Assembly (NCBI GenBank): GCA_964016885.1
Contig: OZ024743.1
Coordinates: forward strand, 238,266,001-238,330,000
DNA: 64,000 nt
Direction: 5' to 3'
From: Eledone cirrhosa
Lineage: Eukaryota
A program made the translations under genes and the position numbers. Positions 13,183 through 25,884 of the stretch are shown one piece after another. How positions within the stretch are numbered: the first letter of the stretch is position 1; each line of letters starts with the position of its first letter. The notes below the pieces were generated by a model. The model had not been told where the DNA came from. It searched no databases and saw only the letters and a list, made by a program, of their open reading frames with translations.

Positions 13183-13790
13183 GTCAGGTCACCAGTTGGT
13201 GCTACTGGTAACATGTATCCCAGTACAACCTGTCTCATGGTCGGGTCGTTGGCGACTAAACTGGCAACCCCACCAAGGTTTCTTGGTGAGGAGGGTGACT
13301 TTGGACATCCTGCAGGACTAAAAACAAAACCTGTCAAAGGGCAAGGGAGCTCTTAAGAGTCAATAGCCATCCAAAATCACCGGGAGAGATGACCCCTTAG
13401 CCTTTGTCAAGGCAGAATTCTAGGAGAAGGAAAACTCTGATATAACACCTGCAACCCTGATGGTATCCAATGATGTTGACTTGTTCTTATTTTTGGTAAA
13501 TATCATCTTGGTTAAGAGAGTGGGACTGGCTTTGTGCAGTGCTTTTGCTCACTATAAAAGCTTCACAGCACAGGCATTGCTTTATATCTGGAGATCTCTC
13601 TGCACTTGTCGTCACATGGTACCATGGGCCCTGCACTATGTGTCAATAATGGTCACAAGTGTAGTCTTTGTACCAGAGTTTTCAAGTCGCTGGCTAGACT
13701 AAAAAGTCACATTCGTTCAGCGCATCGGTAGGGGTTCTCCTACATGGATATAAAGTAGTGGCCGTACTCGAAAACGAGTTGGCAGCCACC
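13183..13790 (+). mobile_element. Bipartite non-autonomous RTE derivative, copy 2
   Basis: Colinear and highly similar to 11161-11708, with ~57 nt of extra 5' sequence. Confidence 0.7.
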
Positions 13791-13828
13791 ATACATATAT
13801 ATATATGTATATATATTTTATATACATA

Positions 13829-14253
13829 CGATATTAAACAAATGGAAACTATATTTATAAAACCATATTTATTTCATTATACATATTTCGGGGATACCAT
13901 ATTAAAAATATGGCATGCCATCTTCAGATAAAATACAATATATAAACAGTTTTATAAATAATTTTGACGTACCATAAATATTGAGCAACCGTTATGTAGG
14001 AAGGTTGCTCAATATTTATGGTACGTCAAAATTATTTATAAAACTGTTTATATATTGTATTTTATCTGAAGAAGGCATGCCATATTTTTAATATGGTATC
14101 CCCGAAATATGTATAATGAAATAAATATGGTTTTATAAATATAGTTTCCATTTGTTTAATATCGTATATCTACTCCAAAACTTGTCGAGTGCTTTATATC
14201 AGTTATAAAATATTTACTTGTTGTAACCCAACAATTTTAAATAAAACTTTTGC
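13829..14253 (+). mobile_element. Family A fold-back (pLTR + inverted pLTR only), HHR at 14058-14123
   Basis: 162-bp arms (13829-13990 and 14003-14164) with a 12-nt loop and an 89-nt tail. Core CTGAAGA..GAAA tatgta TA. Confidence 0.9.
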
Positions 14254-14666
14254 ATATATTTTATATACATATATATTTATGTATATGCACACCTCGTGTA
14301 TTTGTTTATTTTTATTTGTTTTTATTTTTCCCCTCCCCCTCTCACTTATCGTTGTCAACACGTTACTTTTATTTTTGACTTTGTAATTTTTGTTCTTATT
14401 CATTTATTAGTTCATGTATATGTATTTTGTCCATGCCTCTAGATACATATACACTTATGTGACAAAGTTACGTCTACGTACTTTTTAAGTATATGTGCGT
14501 GGTTGAGTGTGTGTATGTTTATATATTTATTGTTTTTATATTTATATATGTATTTTTCCTTTTTTCTCTTCTTCTTCTTCTCCCGTTGTTTCCTCAGCCT
14601 CACTTTCTTATTTCTTATATTTTGTTTTCAAATCCATATTTAATAAAAACACCATGTTTTATTCAT

Positions 14667-15177
14667 TCTGACGAAAGAACATTTTCGATGATAAGGCTGA
14701 ATATTATAATGTAGCTTTAAATAGAGCAGGGTATACGAATAAAATTAAATACATTGACAACAATAATAAGGCAAATCACCCTACTATTAATTGTAATAGT
14801 AATAAACAATTTAACTTAAACTCTAAAACTAACAAAAGACTAGAAATATTATTTGGTATTCACCCCCATTCTCATTAAGCATTAAAACACCTTTAGCAAA
14901 GGTATTCTTTAAAGCACTAGACAAATGTTTTCCTAAAGCCCACAGATACCACTCAATCTTTAACAGACATACCATAAAACTATCCTACTCTACTACTATG
15001 AATATAGCACAAAATATAAATAGAACTAATAATAGAAACTTAAATTTAAACCCTAACCAAAATAACCAAAATAGCAATAATAATATTTCTAGCAATATCC
15101 AACATAATAGTACCGTTCCGAGCAACAATAACTCCGCAAAATTTAACTGTAGAATTAAATCAAACTGTCCTTTACGA
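14667..15177 (+). pseudogene. PLE thumb/linker fragment of another family
   Basis: DDKAEYYNVALNRAGY..IIWYSPPFS..LDKCFPKAHRYHSIFNRHTIKLSYS..KFNCRIKSNCPL. Confidence 0.8.
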
Positions 15178-15297
15178 TCTGAGTTCAAATCCCGCCGAGG
15201 TTGACTTTGCCTTTCATCCTTACGGGGTCGATAAAATAAAGTACCAGTAATGTACTGGGTAATTGCTGGCCTTGTGCCTAAAGTAGAAACAATTATT
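15178..15297 (+). mobile_element. 5'-truncated SINE
   Basis: B-box gagttcaaatcc plus the core shared with 7023 and 61416. Confidence 0.8.
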
Positions 15298-15453
15298 TTT
15301 AATATATTGATATCTCTAAATCATAATATCTCTAACATTTACTGTACTTCCACTTTGTAAAAATGTTCTTATAATATATACGTATATAATTCTAATTTTT
15401 ACATTTTTAAATTTTTAATTTTTTAATAATTTTATAATTTTTTATTTTTATTT

Positions 15454-15489
<36 letters not shown>

Positions 15490-16844
15490 ATTTTTTTATT
15501 TTTTTTATTTTTTATTTTTTTTTTATTTTTTATTATTTTTTTATTTTTATTTTTTATTTTTTATTTTTTTTTTTTTTTTTTTTATTTTTTATTTTTTATT
15601 TTTTTTTTTTTTTTAAATTTTTATTTTTTATTTTTTATTTTTTATTTTTTATTTTTTATTTTTTATTTTACTTTTTTTTTTAAATTTTTTTTTTAATTTT
15701 TATTTATTTTTATTTTTTACTTTTTATTTTTTATTTTTTATTTTTTATTTTTTATTTTTTATTTTTTATTTTTTATTTTTATTTTTATTTAAGAAAAGTA
15801 TTTTTATTTATTTTTTCAAAATCTTCAAAATTTTTTCAAAATTTCAAAATTTTTTCAAAATTTTTTAATTTTTTAATTTTTTAGTTTTCTTAATTTCTTA
15901 ATTCTTAAGTCTTTATTAAATATAAAGACACCCTCAAAAGCCATTATTTAAATGAAGATAATAACCACTAACTGATTCTGGCTAAATGTATCTTAAGCAT
16001 CCATGCTTATTCTGACTAAATAGTCTCACACTAACGAATAAATAAAATCGGAGTTTATCTTTCCTTATCTTTCCTTTTCAATCATATAAATATTATTAAT
16101 TAACTCCGTTAATTTAATTTTAAATCATTCTCAATTTTAAAAACATATTCATTTACATAATATACGCATTTATTTATTTATTTATCTACATAAAACAGAA
16201 CAAAAACATCCCTCGTAACTCATATTATAAACAAATTATAAACAACTAATAATTGTAAATTATCCTTTTAATATAAATACACATACTATTAAAATATATA
16301 GTTACATATACATAGATAACTGTTCAAATATATTTCCCTCAAATTAACGTTATATGAGCTTTTCATTTATCTTTGCTTTTTTCCTTCTTCTCTCTCTCTT
16401 ACTATTTTTTCCTTCTTCTCTTCTCTCTCTTACTTTTTCCTTCTACTCTCTCTTACTATTATATATTATATATCTAAACTCTCCATAGTCGTTTAAATTA
16501 ACGGTTGTTTTTCAATTATTTACATATTCATTTGCATATTCACCCATAAGTTTGAAAAATCCATTATACATTTCCACTATCCAGGGAATATTCAACTAAG
16601 GTATGATTTTCCTGGGTATGTCTCAATCTATAAAACAAACTTTGTATTTTATCTGAAGAAAGCGTACCAAAGTGTTTTCGTGTCCTTGAAATATATATAA
16701 TGAAATAAATATGGTTTTATAAATATAGTTTACATTTATTTAATATCATTGAATATTTACTCCAGAAAGCTGTCGAGTGCTCTGAATCAGTTATAAACAT
16801 TTATATTTGTCAGATTTCCAACAAATTAAATATCCCTTCTACTT
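15298..16844 (+). mobile_element. PLE 3'UTR with (TTTTTTA)n tract and terminal HHR (16645-16707)
   Basis: tattttat CTGAAGA..GAAA tatata TA atgaaata, with a family A-like tail ending at (TA)n. Confidence 0.7.
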
Positions 16845-17725
16845 ATATATATATATAAATGAAGTAATTCCGTCGGAAACGTCCAGGAAAAAAGAGTGCT
16901 CTATGTAGGTAACAGAGCTTAATAGTTATGTAATAAACAACATAAGGCAATTATTCCATTTACCAGTGGTTTCTTAAAAGCAAAAAATTTTGCTTTCAAT
17001 CATCGGAATGAAAAAATCCTGGTCTGTTTATTGAATTTGGATTTTAAAAACAAAAATGCAATCTATATGAAAGTGAGGCTGGAGAAAGAAGGAGGAAAGG
17101 AAAAATATAATAAAAACACACATGCACCCCCCCCCACACACACGCACACACAAATGCATACATACACACACATATATATATATATATATGTATACATACA
17201 CTCTTACATACACACACATATACACATATATATGTGTATATAGATACACACATATACATACATATACACATACATACGCACATAAATATCAACACATCCA
17301 TACATATACATACATATATACAACCACACACACATATATACACATATATATATAGAGAAATATAAATATATATATATATATATATATACATATATATATG
17401 CATACACATACACATACATAGCCATACACACATACATATACATACATACATACATGCAGACAATCATACCTATATACACACGTACATACATACACATACA
17501 TATATGCATACAAATACGTACATATCACAAACACGCACAACCAAATCTTAGATAATTCATATGAACCTTATATAACTCCAAAATATACATATACATATAT
17601 ATAGTAATGTAATAAACAACATAAGGTAATTATTCCATTCACCAGAGGTTTCTTAAAAGCAAAAAATGTTTGCCTTCAATCATCAGAATGAAAAAAACCT
17701 GGTCTATCTACATATATATATATAT

Positions 17726-17808
<83 letters not shown>

Positions 17809-18262
17809 CACATACACATACATACACATACATTTTAGTATGTGAAGGGTAAGGCAAAAAGAATATATGGGGGGAGGGTGGAAGACATAGGAAAAGGGGC
17901 GGTTTTATTAAAAATGTCTATAGACGAAGATAAGGTAGAAGTCCTACGGCTAATGTTAGGAATAAGATTATTTAAAAAATGTCTATAGACATTTTAATAA
18001 AGCCGCGCCTTATTATAATAAGCCCTTAAGAACAGCGGTTTTACAGAACATTTTTTTATTTACCTACTCCCCCCCTAAAACTAACCACAATAACAGGAAA
18101 AGGAAAATTATTTGGCTCACACGCCCCTTCTCTCTAACTGTCAAAACTAATGTAGGAAGGCAATTCCTTGTACTCTTAGACAAACATTTTCCTCCTAATC
18201 ATAGATATTATAAGATATTTAATAGGAACATAGTTAAGATCAGTTACTCTTGTTGCCCATCT

Positions 18263-18736
18263 ATGAAGTCCAAGATCACTAGTTCAAATCATACGAGAAC
18301 AAATCCAGGATGCAGTTGCAGGAAGCCGGATGAATGCCCATTGCAGGGTAAATGTAACACCAAATCTGTTGTTTATGAGGCTAAAATAACACCGTTAATT
18401 AACAACCAGCCAGCCAGGAGTGAGCGATATGTCGGCATGACCCAGGACAGGTTTAAAACCAGATTTTACTCACATGTCGGTTCTTTTAAGCACTCCGGTA
18501 AACGAACATCAACGGCCCTCGCAAGTAAGGTGTGGGAATTCAAGGATAGTAACATCCCGTACTCTATCGATTGGTCTATCTTAGACCATTCGAGGGAATA
18601 CCAAAGGGGCAAAAAGAATTGTTCTTTGTGTACCACAGAAAAATATAGGATTTTGCTAAACTGGAGAGCCACTTCTGCTTGCCTAAACTTAAAGAGCGAG
18701 ATCTTCAGATGTTGTCCTCATCTGAATCACATCTGA
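18263..18736 (+). CDS. PLE GIY-YIG endonuclease domain (open fragment of a truncated element)
   Basis: CSCRKPDECPLQGKC..VVYEA..YVG..FKTRF..CSLCTTEK..LNLKSE..CPH. Confidence 0.85.
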   Translation: MKSKITSSNHTRTNPGCSCRKPDECPLQGKCNTKSVVYEAKITPLINNQPARSERYVGMTQDRFKTRFYSHVGSFKHSGKRTSTALASKVWEFKDSNIPYSIDWSILDHSREYQRGKKNCSLCTTEKYRILLNWRATSACLNLKSEIFRCCPHLNHI

Positions 18737-19186
18737 TCAGTAACTGGATTGACACTCCTATGATAACTCAACCGCCTTGAACTCCTTCTCTTATCTTTAC
18801 GTCTACTACGGATTTTTACCTGCTTAATCCACGTTCTGTACTCTTGTATTCTTTTTCTCTTTTTCTCCCCTATCTCCCCTTATATTTTACCTTTTCCTGT
18901 CTCTTTTCCCTCCCCTCCTCATATATTCTTTTTGCCTTACCCTTCTCATACCAAAATGTATGTGTATGTATGTGTATGTGTATATATATATATATATGTG
19001 TGTATATATATATATATAGATAGACCAGGTTTTTTTCATTCTGATGATTGAAGGCAACATTCTTTTGCTTTTAAGAAACCACTGGTGAATGGAATAATTG
19101 CCTTATGTTGTTTATTACATTACTATATATATGTATATGTATATTTTGGAGTTATATAAGGTTCATATGAATTATCTAAGATTGAG

Positions 19187-19346
<160 letters not shown>

Positions 19347-19464
19347 TTGTATTTGGTTGTGCGTGTTTGTGATATGTACGTATTTGTATGTGTATAATTG
19401 TATAGCTATGTATGTATGTGTGTGTGTATGTATGTATATATATATATGTGTATATGTGTGTGTG

Positions 19465-19515
<51 letters not shown>

Positions 19516-19518
<3 letters not shown>

Positions 19519-19871
19519 AAAGTTATATTTAAAATTGTTGGGTTACAACGAGTAAATATTTTATAACTGATATAAAAGCACTCAACAGATTTTGGAGTAT
19601 TTTACGATATAAAACAAATGGAAACTACATTTATAAAACCATATTTATTTTATTATATATATTTCAGGGATATCATATTAAAAATATGGTATGCCCTCAT
19701 ACCATATTGGAAGTTGTAAAATCCTAAGGTATGTCAAATTTATTTATAAAACTGTTTATATATTGTATTTTATCTGAAGAGGGCATACCATATTTTTAAT
19801 ATGATATCCCTCAAATATATATAATGAAATAAATATGGTTTTATAAATGTAGTTTCCATTTGTTTTATATC

Positions 19872-19872
<1 letters not shown>
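19516..19872 (-). mobile_element. Family A fold-back, third copy
   Basis: Long arm on the left; the short arm ends at atatcg|TA as in the other two copies. The plus-arm HHR has GAAA changed to CAAA. Confidence 0.85.
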
Positions 19873-19951
<79 letters not shown>

Positions 19952-20357
19952 GTGTGTGTATATATGTATATGTGTGTGTGTGTGTGTTTGTGTATGTATT
20001 TGTGTATGCGTATGTATGTGTTTATGTATTTGTATATGTATATTTATGTGTGAGAGTGTGTGTATGTATTTACTTTTTAGTACGTATGTGTACGTGCATT
20101 TGTGTGTATTGCTTACCACGCGTGTTTGTTCATTTATTCGTCGCTTGTATCGCTGTCAACTGTATAATAGTCTTTATTATTTTATTTTTTATATATATTT
20201 TTTCTTATATTTATTTGCGTGTGTGAATATGTAGAGGTGTAATTTTGTACATGCATATGTATGCATTTATGTATGTGTATATATGTACGTGTGTATATAG
20301 GTATAATTGTGTGCATGTATGTATGTATATGTATGTGTGTATGGCTATGTATGTGTA

Positions 20358-20402
<45 letters not shown>

Positions 20403-20421
20403 CTATTTCTATATATATATG

Positions 20422-20569
20422 ATTATTTCTGAAGACGGCATATATATGAGTTGGTATGTATATTTAATTTTGATAGTTTGTATAATTTTGTATAATTTTG
20501 TACATAGATCTGTTAAATATACATGCCAATTCTAACACATATATATCCCAGAAACGATCGTTAAATAAT
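20422..20569 (+). ncRNA. Hammerhead ribozyme with ~115-nt stem II; tail to ~20769
   Basis: attattt CTGAAGA cggcatatatatg..catatatatccca GAAA cgatcg TT aaataat. Confidence 0.7.
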
Positions 20570-20766
20570 GAACTTTTTTTGTTTAATATAAGGAACTGTT
20601 TCATTGTTTTATTCATTATTTTTTTAATATTTTATCTTGACTCTGTATTCCGTTTATCTTTCACCGAAAGTGATTTTTCATTGCATCTCTTCTTTCCATG
20701 ATATCCGGATTACATTGAGTTCTTCATACGGATTGGACACTACCGTAAACTCTTGGTAGATTTATC

Positions 20767-20849
<83 letters not shown>

Positions 20850-20852
20850 TTC

Positions 20853-21138
20853 AATGTAAGTATGCATGTATACGTACATACATATATGTATACAGACGTA
20901 CAGTAGCATGCACATATATATATATATATATACATATATATACATACAGGCTGTTCAGTTTGTTTACAAGCGAACAAAGCGACGTTATAATAAGCGCCGC
21001 TAAACTGATACGTGCATATATGTATGTGTACCTGTATGCATATGTATGTATATATATGTATATATATATATATATATGTGCATGCTACTGTACGTCTGTA
21101 TACATATATGTATGTACGTATACATGCATACTTACATT
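20853..21138. repeat. Fold-back with ~95-bp microsatellite-like inverted arms
   Basis: aatgtaagtatgcatg..cagacgtacagtagc on the left and its reverse complement on the right, with a ~80-100 nt unique centre. Confidence 0.75.
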
Positions 21139-21414
21139 TAAGTAAGTGCCATACTAAGAGTGAGAAATGAAATTTCGTTTTCATTTTGTTTCAATTTATA
21201 TATATTTCTATTTCTATATATATATGTGTGTATATGTCTGTGTGTGGTTGTATATATGTATGTGTATGTATGGATGTGTTGATATTTATGTGCGTATGTA
21301 AGTATGTGTATATGTATGTGTATGTGTGTATTTATATACACATATATATGTGTATATGTGTGTGTATGTATGAGTGTATGTATATATATATATATGTGTG
21401 TGTGTGTATGTATG

Positions 21415-21465
<51 letters not shown>

Positions 21466-21660
21466 ATGTGTGTTTTTATTATATTTTTCCTTTCCATCTT
21501 CTTTCTCCAGCCTCACTTACATATATATTGCATTTTTGTTTTTAAAATCCAAATTCAATAAACAGACCAGGATTTTTTCATTCTGATGATTGAAAGCAAC
21601 ATTTTTTGCTTTTAAGAAACCACTGGTAAATGGAATAATTGCTTTATGTTGTTTATTACA

Positions 21661-21748
<88 letters not shown>

Positions 21749-21752
21749 TATA

Positions 21753-22021
21753 TTATTGGAAATGTAAGCTATCACCGTATTTTGACTAAAGAAATTAAAG
21801 AAATTATTTAGCCTGATAGTGGGGTTAAGAACCCTCAGAGAAATGGAAAAAGATGAGTATTGATTTAACGTCAGTACTCATCTTTTTCCATTTCTCTGAG
21901 GGTTCTTAACCCCACTATCAGGCTAAATAATTTCTTTAATTTCTTTACTCAAAATACGGCGATAGCTTACATTTCTAATAATTTCAAACCAACTCGCTGC
22001 TTCGAAAATATTCTTACTTGA
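21753..22021 (+). mobile_element. Fold-back of the tRNA-headed family (truncated at the tRNA 3' end)
   Basis: ~110-bp arms (21753-21863 and 21871-21981) plus a 40-nt tail. Same body as 31904-32491. Confidence 0.85.
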
Positions 22022-23084
22022 GTATAAATATATAAATGAAAGGTATAGAAAGTATTGTAGCAAGAAGCCAATAGTATTCCATAATATATAAGTGAATATA
22101 GCGTCAAAATGGGAAAATAGTTAACGTAAGATGTGGGAAAAATAATTCAAACTCAATTCAAAAAGAATCAGGATATAGATTTATCCAACAGAATTTAGTG
22201 AAATCCAAGGAAAAATCAATAGAGCCTTAACTCATGATAAAACAAATTTTAAAATACTCATCCTTCAATTTGGAACAACTACAAATTCTCTGTATATACT
22301 TGAAAAGACTATTTCACGAAAACTTTCAGTGGGGATGGTCACGGTTGGAATTCGATAGTCAGCAGAGCTCAACACGATAACCAAAATCTCACTGATTAAT
22401 ATGCCAAAAAGGGAATTTAAAAGCAGGCTAGTTTAACATCATACATGATTATGAAAATAAAACGCACATGTGGAAAAAAAGGGCTGGTGACGTCAGAATG
22501 ATACGAATGTTTGTTTCCATGAAACAACAGTCAAAAACATTCCGAAAAAAACTCTACAATAAGGAGTTCAGCAAAAAGCAATATTATCGCGTTTTTTTTT
22601 TAAAATACCAGGATTAGTCACAAATAATTTAAGCACTCTAGAAAAGAAATCCGAGTATAAATATATAAATGAAAGGTATAGACAGTATTATAGCAAGAAG
22701 CCAGCCACACGGACCTGATGGTATTCACTTCAATTCATTACACATTTCCAGTTGGTTGCTTTAATAATCGGATGGTTGTTTATTTAATATCAAATCTCTT
22801 TCGTTATTAAATAACCCAACTGGAAACTTAATTTTTATTTCTCTACAATCAGGCGATGTCAGATTAAAATGTTCAAAACAGGATATGGGACAATAACCAC
22901 TCAGCAGGGTATTGTGGAATTATATACTGTGTAGTATTTGAGTCAGGTTACAATGACCTGTATATGTAACGTGCGGTAAATAAATATATACATATACACC
23001 ACATCCGAACATAAAGGAACCAAACTCCCACTGTCACAGCCTCCGTCTATCCCGCTCTCCCAATCTCTCACTATTATGAGCAAT

Positions 23085-23400
23085 GGGGGCTCCGGATAGA
23101 ATAGAGAAGGTGTTTTCCCCGGAGGATAGTGAGGGAGACGCGCTAGAGGAGCCATTCCAGCTCGCGAGGCTCTCACTTGCGGGTAGTCAACTCTGTGTCG
23201 ATGGAGGTGAGTAAGGAGGTGGCCCTAGGGCCAAGGACGCCATAAGTCTCCATTGCTACGGGCTCGACCACAAATCTGTCGGAGAGCGACCCATATTTGG
23301 AGAGTTTACCCTCCTCGGCCCGAAGTGTAGCAGAGCCTGGGTTAGTCGCAGACTGCATCAGGTTGCTGTTGGAGAATATGTTGATGCATGTCAGGGGCGG
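23085..23400 (-). pseudogene. CRE-clade non-LTR RLE C-terminal fragment
   Basis: AEEGKLSKY..FVVEPVAMETYGVLG..RELEWL..RVSL..RG. Confidence 0.75.
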
Positions 23401-23574
23401 TGGAAGCATTTCTGAATTGGATGGGGGGTCAAATTGGTCAATTTAGTTGTAGTGATTAGTTTAGTTCTTTGCACTCTAAAATTGTCAGAAAACTTCGATA
23501 TCCAATAATCATATGTATTAGATTGTAGAGCATATCCAAATAGATGTGTGTTTTAGTAGTATGAATTTCCCATT

Positions 23575-23740
23575 CTTTTTTCTGATGAAGTAGCGTCCGA
23601 AACGTTAAGACCCTCTTCCTGCTATTTCAAGCGTTAAACTAATATATTCCTTCGAAATACTGTACCGATTGTGTTGTTATTTCTGTTTACCTTTTACACA
23701 CACTGCAGTGGTAGGCAGCTAGCGAAACAATTGTAAACGG
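23575..23740 (+). mobile_element. PLE-type pLTR remnant with two HHR-like cores
   Basis: CTGATGA agtagcgtcc GAAA cgtta at 23582 and GAAA caattg TA at 23724. Shares caagcgttaaac.aatat with 39092. Confidence 0.55.
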
Positions 23741-23741
23741 A

Positions 23742-23782
<41 letters not shown>

Positions 23783-23783
<1 letters not shown>

Positions 23784-25652
23784 AGTTGCATTTATCTTGC
23801 TTTATGTTCATACGAGTTATCACCAAGTCACAACCAGTGACCTCAAGAGACAACAAGGTCCGCCATGTTCAAGAAAGAACATACATATTCACACATGCAT
23901 CTTTAGTGTTTAGACTTGTGATGTATTTATATTGACAGAATCTTCCTTAGTATATGGGCAGTTCCCATTAGTACTATCTTTTGTATTTCTCCTATACGCG
24001 GGTTTCCTGGGATTTGCGATAAGTAATCATTAGACCCCTTAGGTATCATTCCCAGAGCGCCTACAACCACTGGTATTGTTTTAGTTCTCAATTTCCACAT
24101 TTTTCCAATTTCTATCTCCAGGTCCTTATACTTGCTCAATTTTTCAAATGTTTTTATAGATACATTCTTGTCTATTGGAACAGACATATCAATTAGCAGG
24201 CATACCCTCTTTTGAAAGTCTTTCAATATTATATCAGGTCTGTTTGCATCTATTTTTCGGTCTGTTTGGATGCTAAAGTTCCACAAGATTGAGATGTGAT
24301 CTTTTTCAAGTATGGGAGGTGGTTGATGCTCCCACCAATTCTTTTGATGGGGCAGGTCAAAATGCTTACACATTATCAAATGTATGTATTGTGCAGCTCT
24401 GTCATGCCTGTTTAGGTATTCGGTTGGAGCTATAGGACTGCACATTGAAATTATATGGTCAATGGTCTCTGGTTGTTTTTTGCATACACGGCATAATGGG
24501 CTGCACCCATTTTTTATTATGTTGGCTTGGTAATTTTTTGTTGGCAGACACTGATCTTGTGCTGATATAATCAGTCCTTCAGTCTCCGATTTCAGTCCAG
24601 AGGATGCCAACCACTGATGGGTTAAAGTTTTGTCAACATCAGGATTGTTAGCTCGCTCTGGGTATTTTCCATGCAGAGGCTTTTCTTGCCATTTCTTAGC
24701 CAGTTTCTGTAGCAGTTCTTTCTTTGCAGTTACTTTTACCTGCTTTGCTTTTTCTGTTTTCCATTTCAGCAGTAAATGGGACTTCTGAAATTTGTATTCC
24801 ATTACTGTATCTTTGTGCATCTTTTGTAATGGAATATGATCTTTTGATGCTTTCGTGTTTCAAAACGAGTTTGATCATCCAATCATGTGATTCCCTTAGA
24901 TATGTAGATAATCCAATTGTTGCAGTTTTCAACGCAATGTCTAACTGGATTAACCCACGTCCTCCTTCTTTCCTAGGGAGATATATTCTATCTATATCTG
25001 CCTTAGGGTGATGCATTCTGTGCATGGTTAAGAATTTTCGAATTTTTGTATCGAGCCTACGGATCTCTGTGCTTGACCAGTTGATGACATTGTAACTGTA
25101 GGTTACTACTGGTATGGCAAGCGTGTTTATGGCATCGATCCCATTCCTTGCATTCAATTCCGTTCTTAAGATTGCTCTTACTCTGCGGTAACATTTCTTC
25201 CTTATCCTTTCCCTCATTGTCGAGTGCTTGATTCCGAATCCTTCACAAACACCTAAATATTTGTAAGATTTTTCTTGATCAAGTTCTCTTATCACGTTCC
25301 CCCGATCAAGATTAATGTCTGAACTCTTCAGCAGCTTTCCTCTGGTGAACGTTGCTTTGGCGCATTTATCTAGTCCAAACTCCATTTTAATGTCATCACT
25401 GAACTGCTTCACAGTGGATAATAGCCCTTGCAATTGTTCATCATTTTTTGCAAATAGTTTCAGGTCATCCATGTAGAACAGGTGACTAATGGTTTTGTCA
25501 TAGACTTTATATCCATGTTTTGTTTCATTGAGCATTTTACTTAATGGTATAAGTGCGATGCAGAATAAAAGCGGTGATAAAGAGTCACCCTGAAAAATTC
25601 CACAATTAATATTAACTTCTCCAGCTTCCAGTGATTTTGTTTCACTATTCAA
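23783..25652 (-). mobile_element. R4/Dong-clade non-LTR retrotransposon, 5'-truncated, one frameshift (RT + CCHC + RLE)
   Basis: GIFQGDSLSP, YMDD, CRVC..ETIDHIISMC, RHD, NRPDI..IDMSVP..KLSKYKDL, IPVVVGALG. (TAA)n on both sides of its own strand, as known for Dong. Confidence 0.9.
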
Positions 25653-25884
25653 TTATTATTATTATTATTATTATTGGCGACCTACGTAGGAAATCGTATT
25701 ATCGTGAGCTCCGCAAAGGTTTGTTATTTCCGTTTGTTTAAAAATTGCCATTTATGGAAAATTTTATTGTTAACTGTTTATAAGCACACATACATTGTTT
25801 TCCGAAAAGGACACCTAAAAAGATTGGGGCCTTGTGCCCAAAATTTTAACTTTTATTATTATCAAAAAATTTCTTTGAGAAAAA

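Noticed and set aside
13829-14253. Fold-backs as DNA-transposon MITEs or miRNA precursors
   Set aside because: Arms are asymmetric, centres differ between copies, and arms match PLE 3' ends with HHRs.
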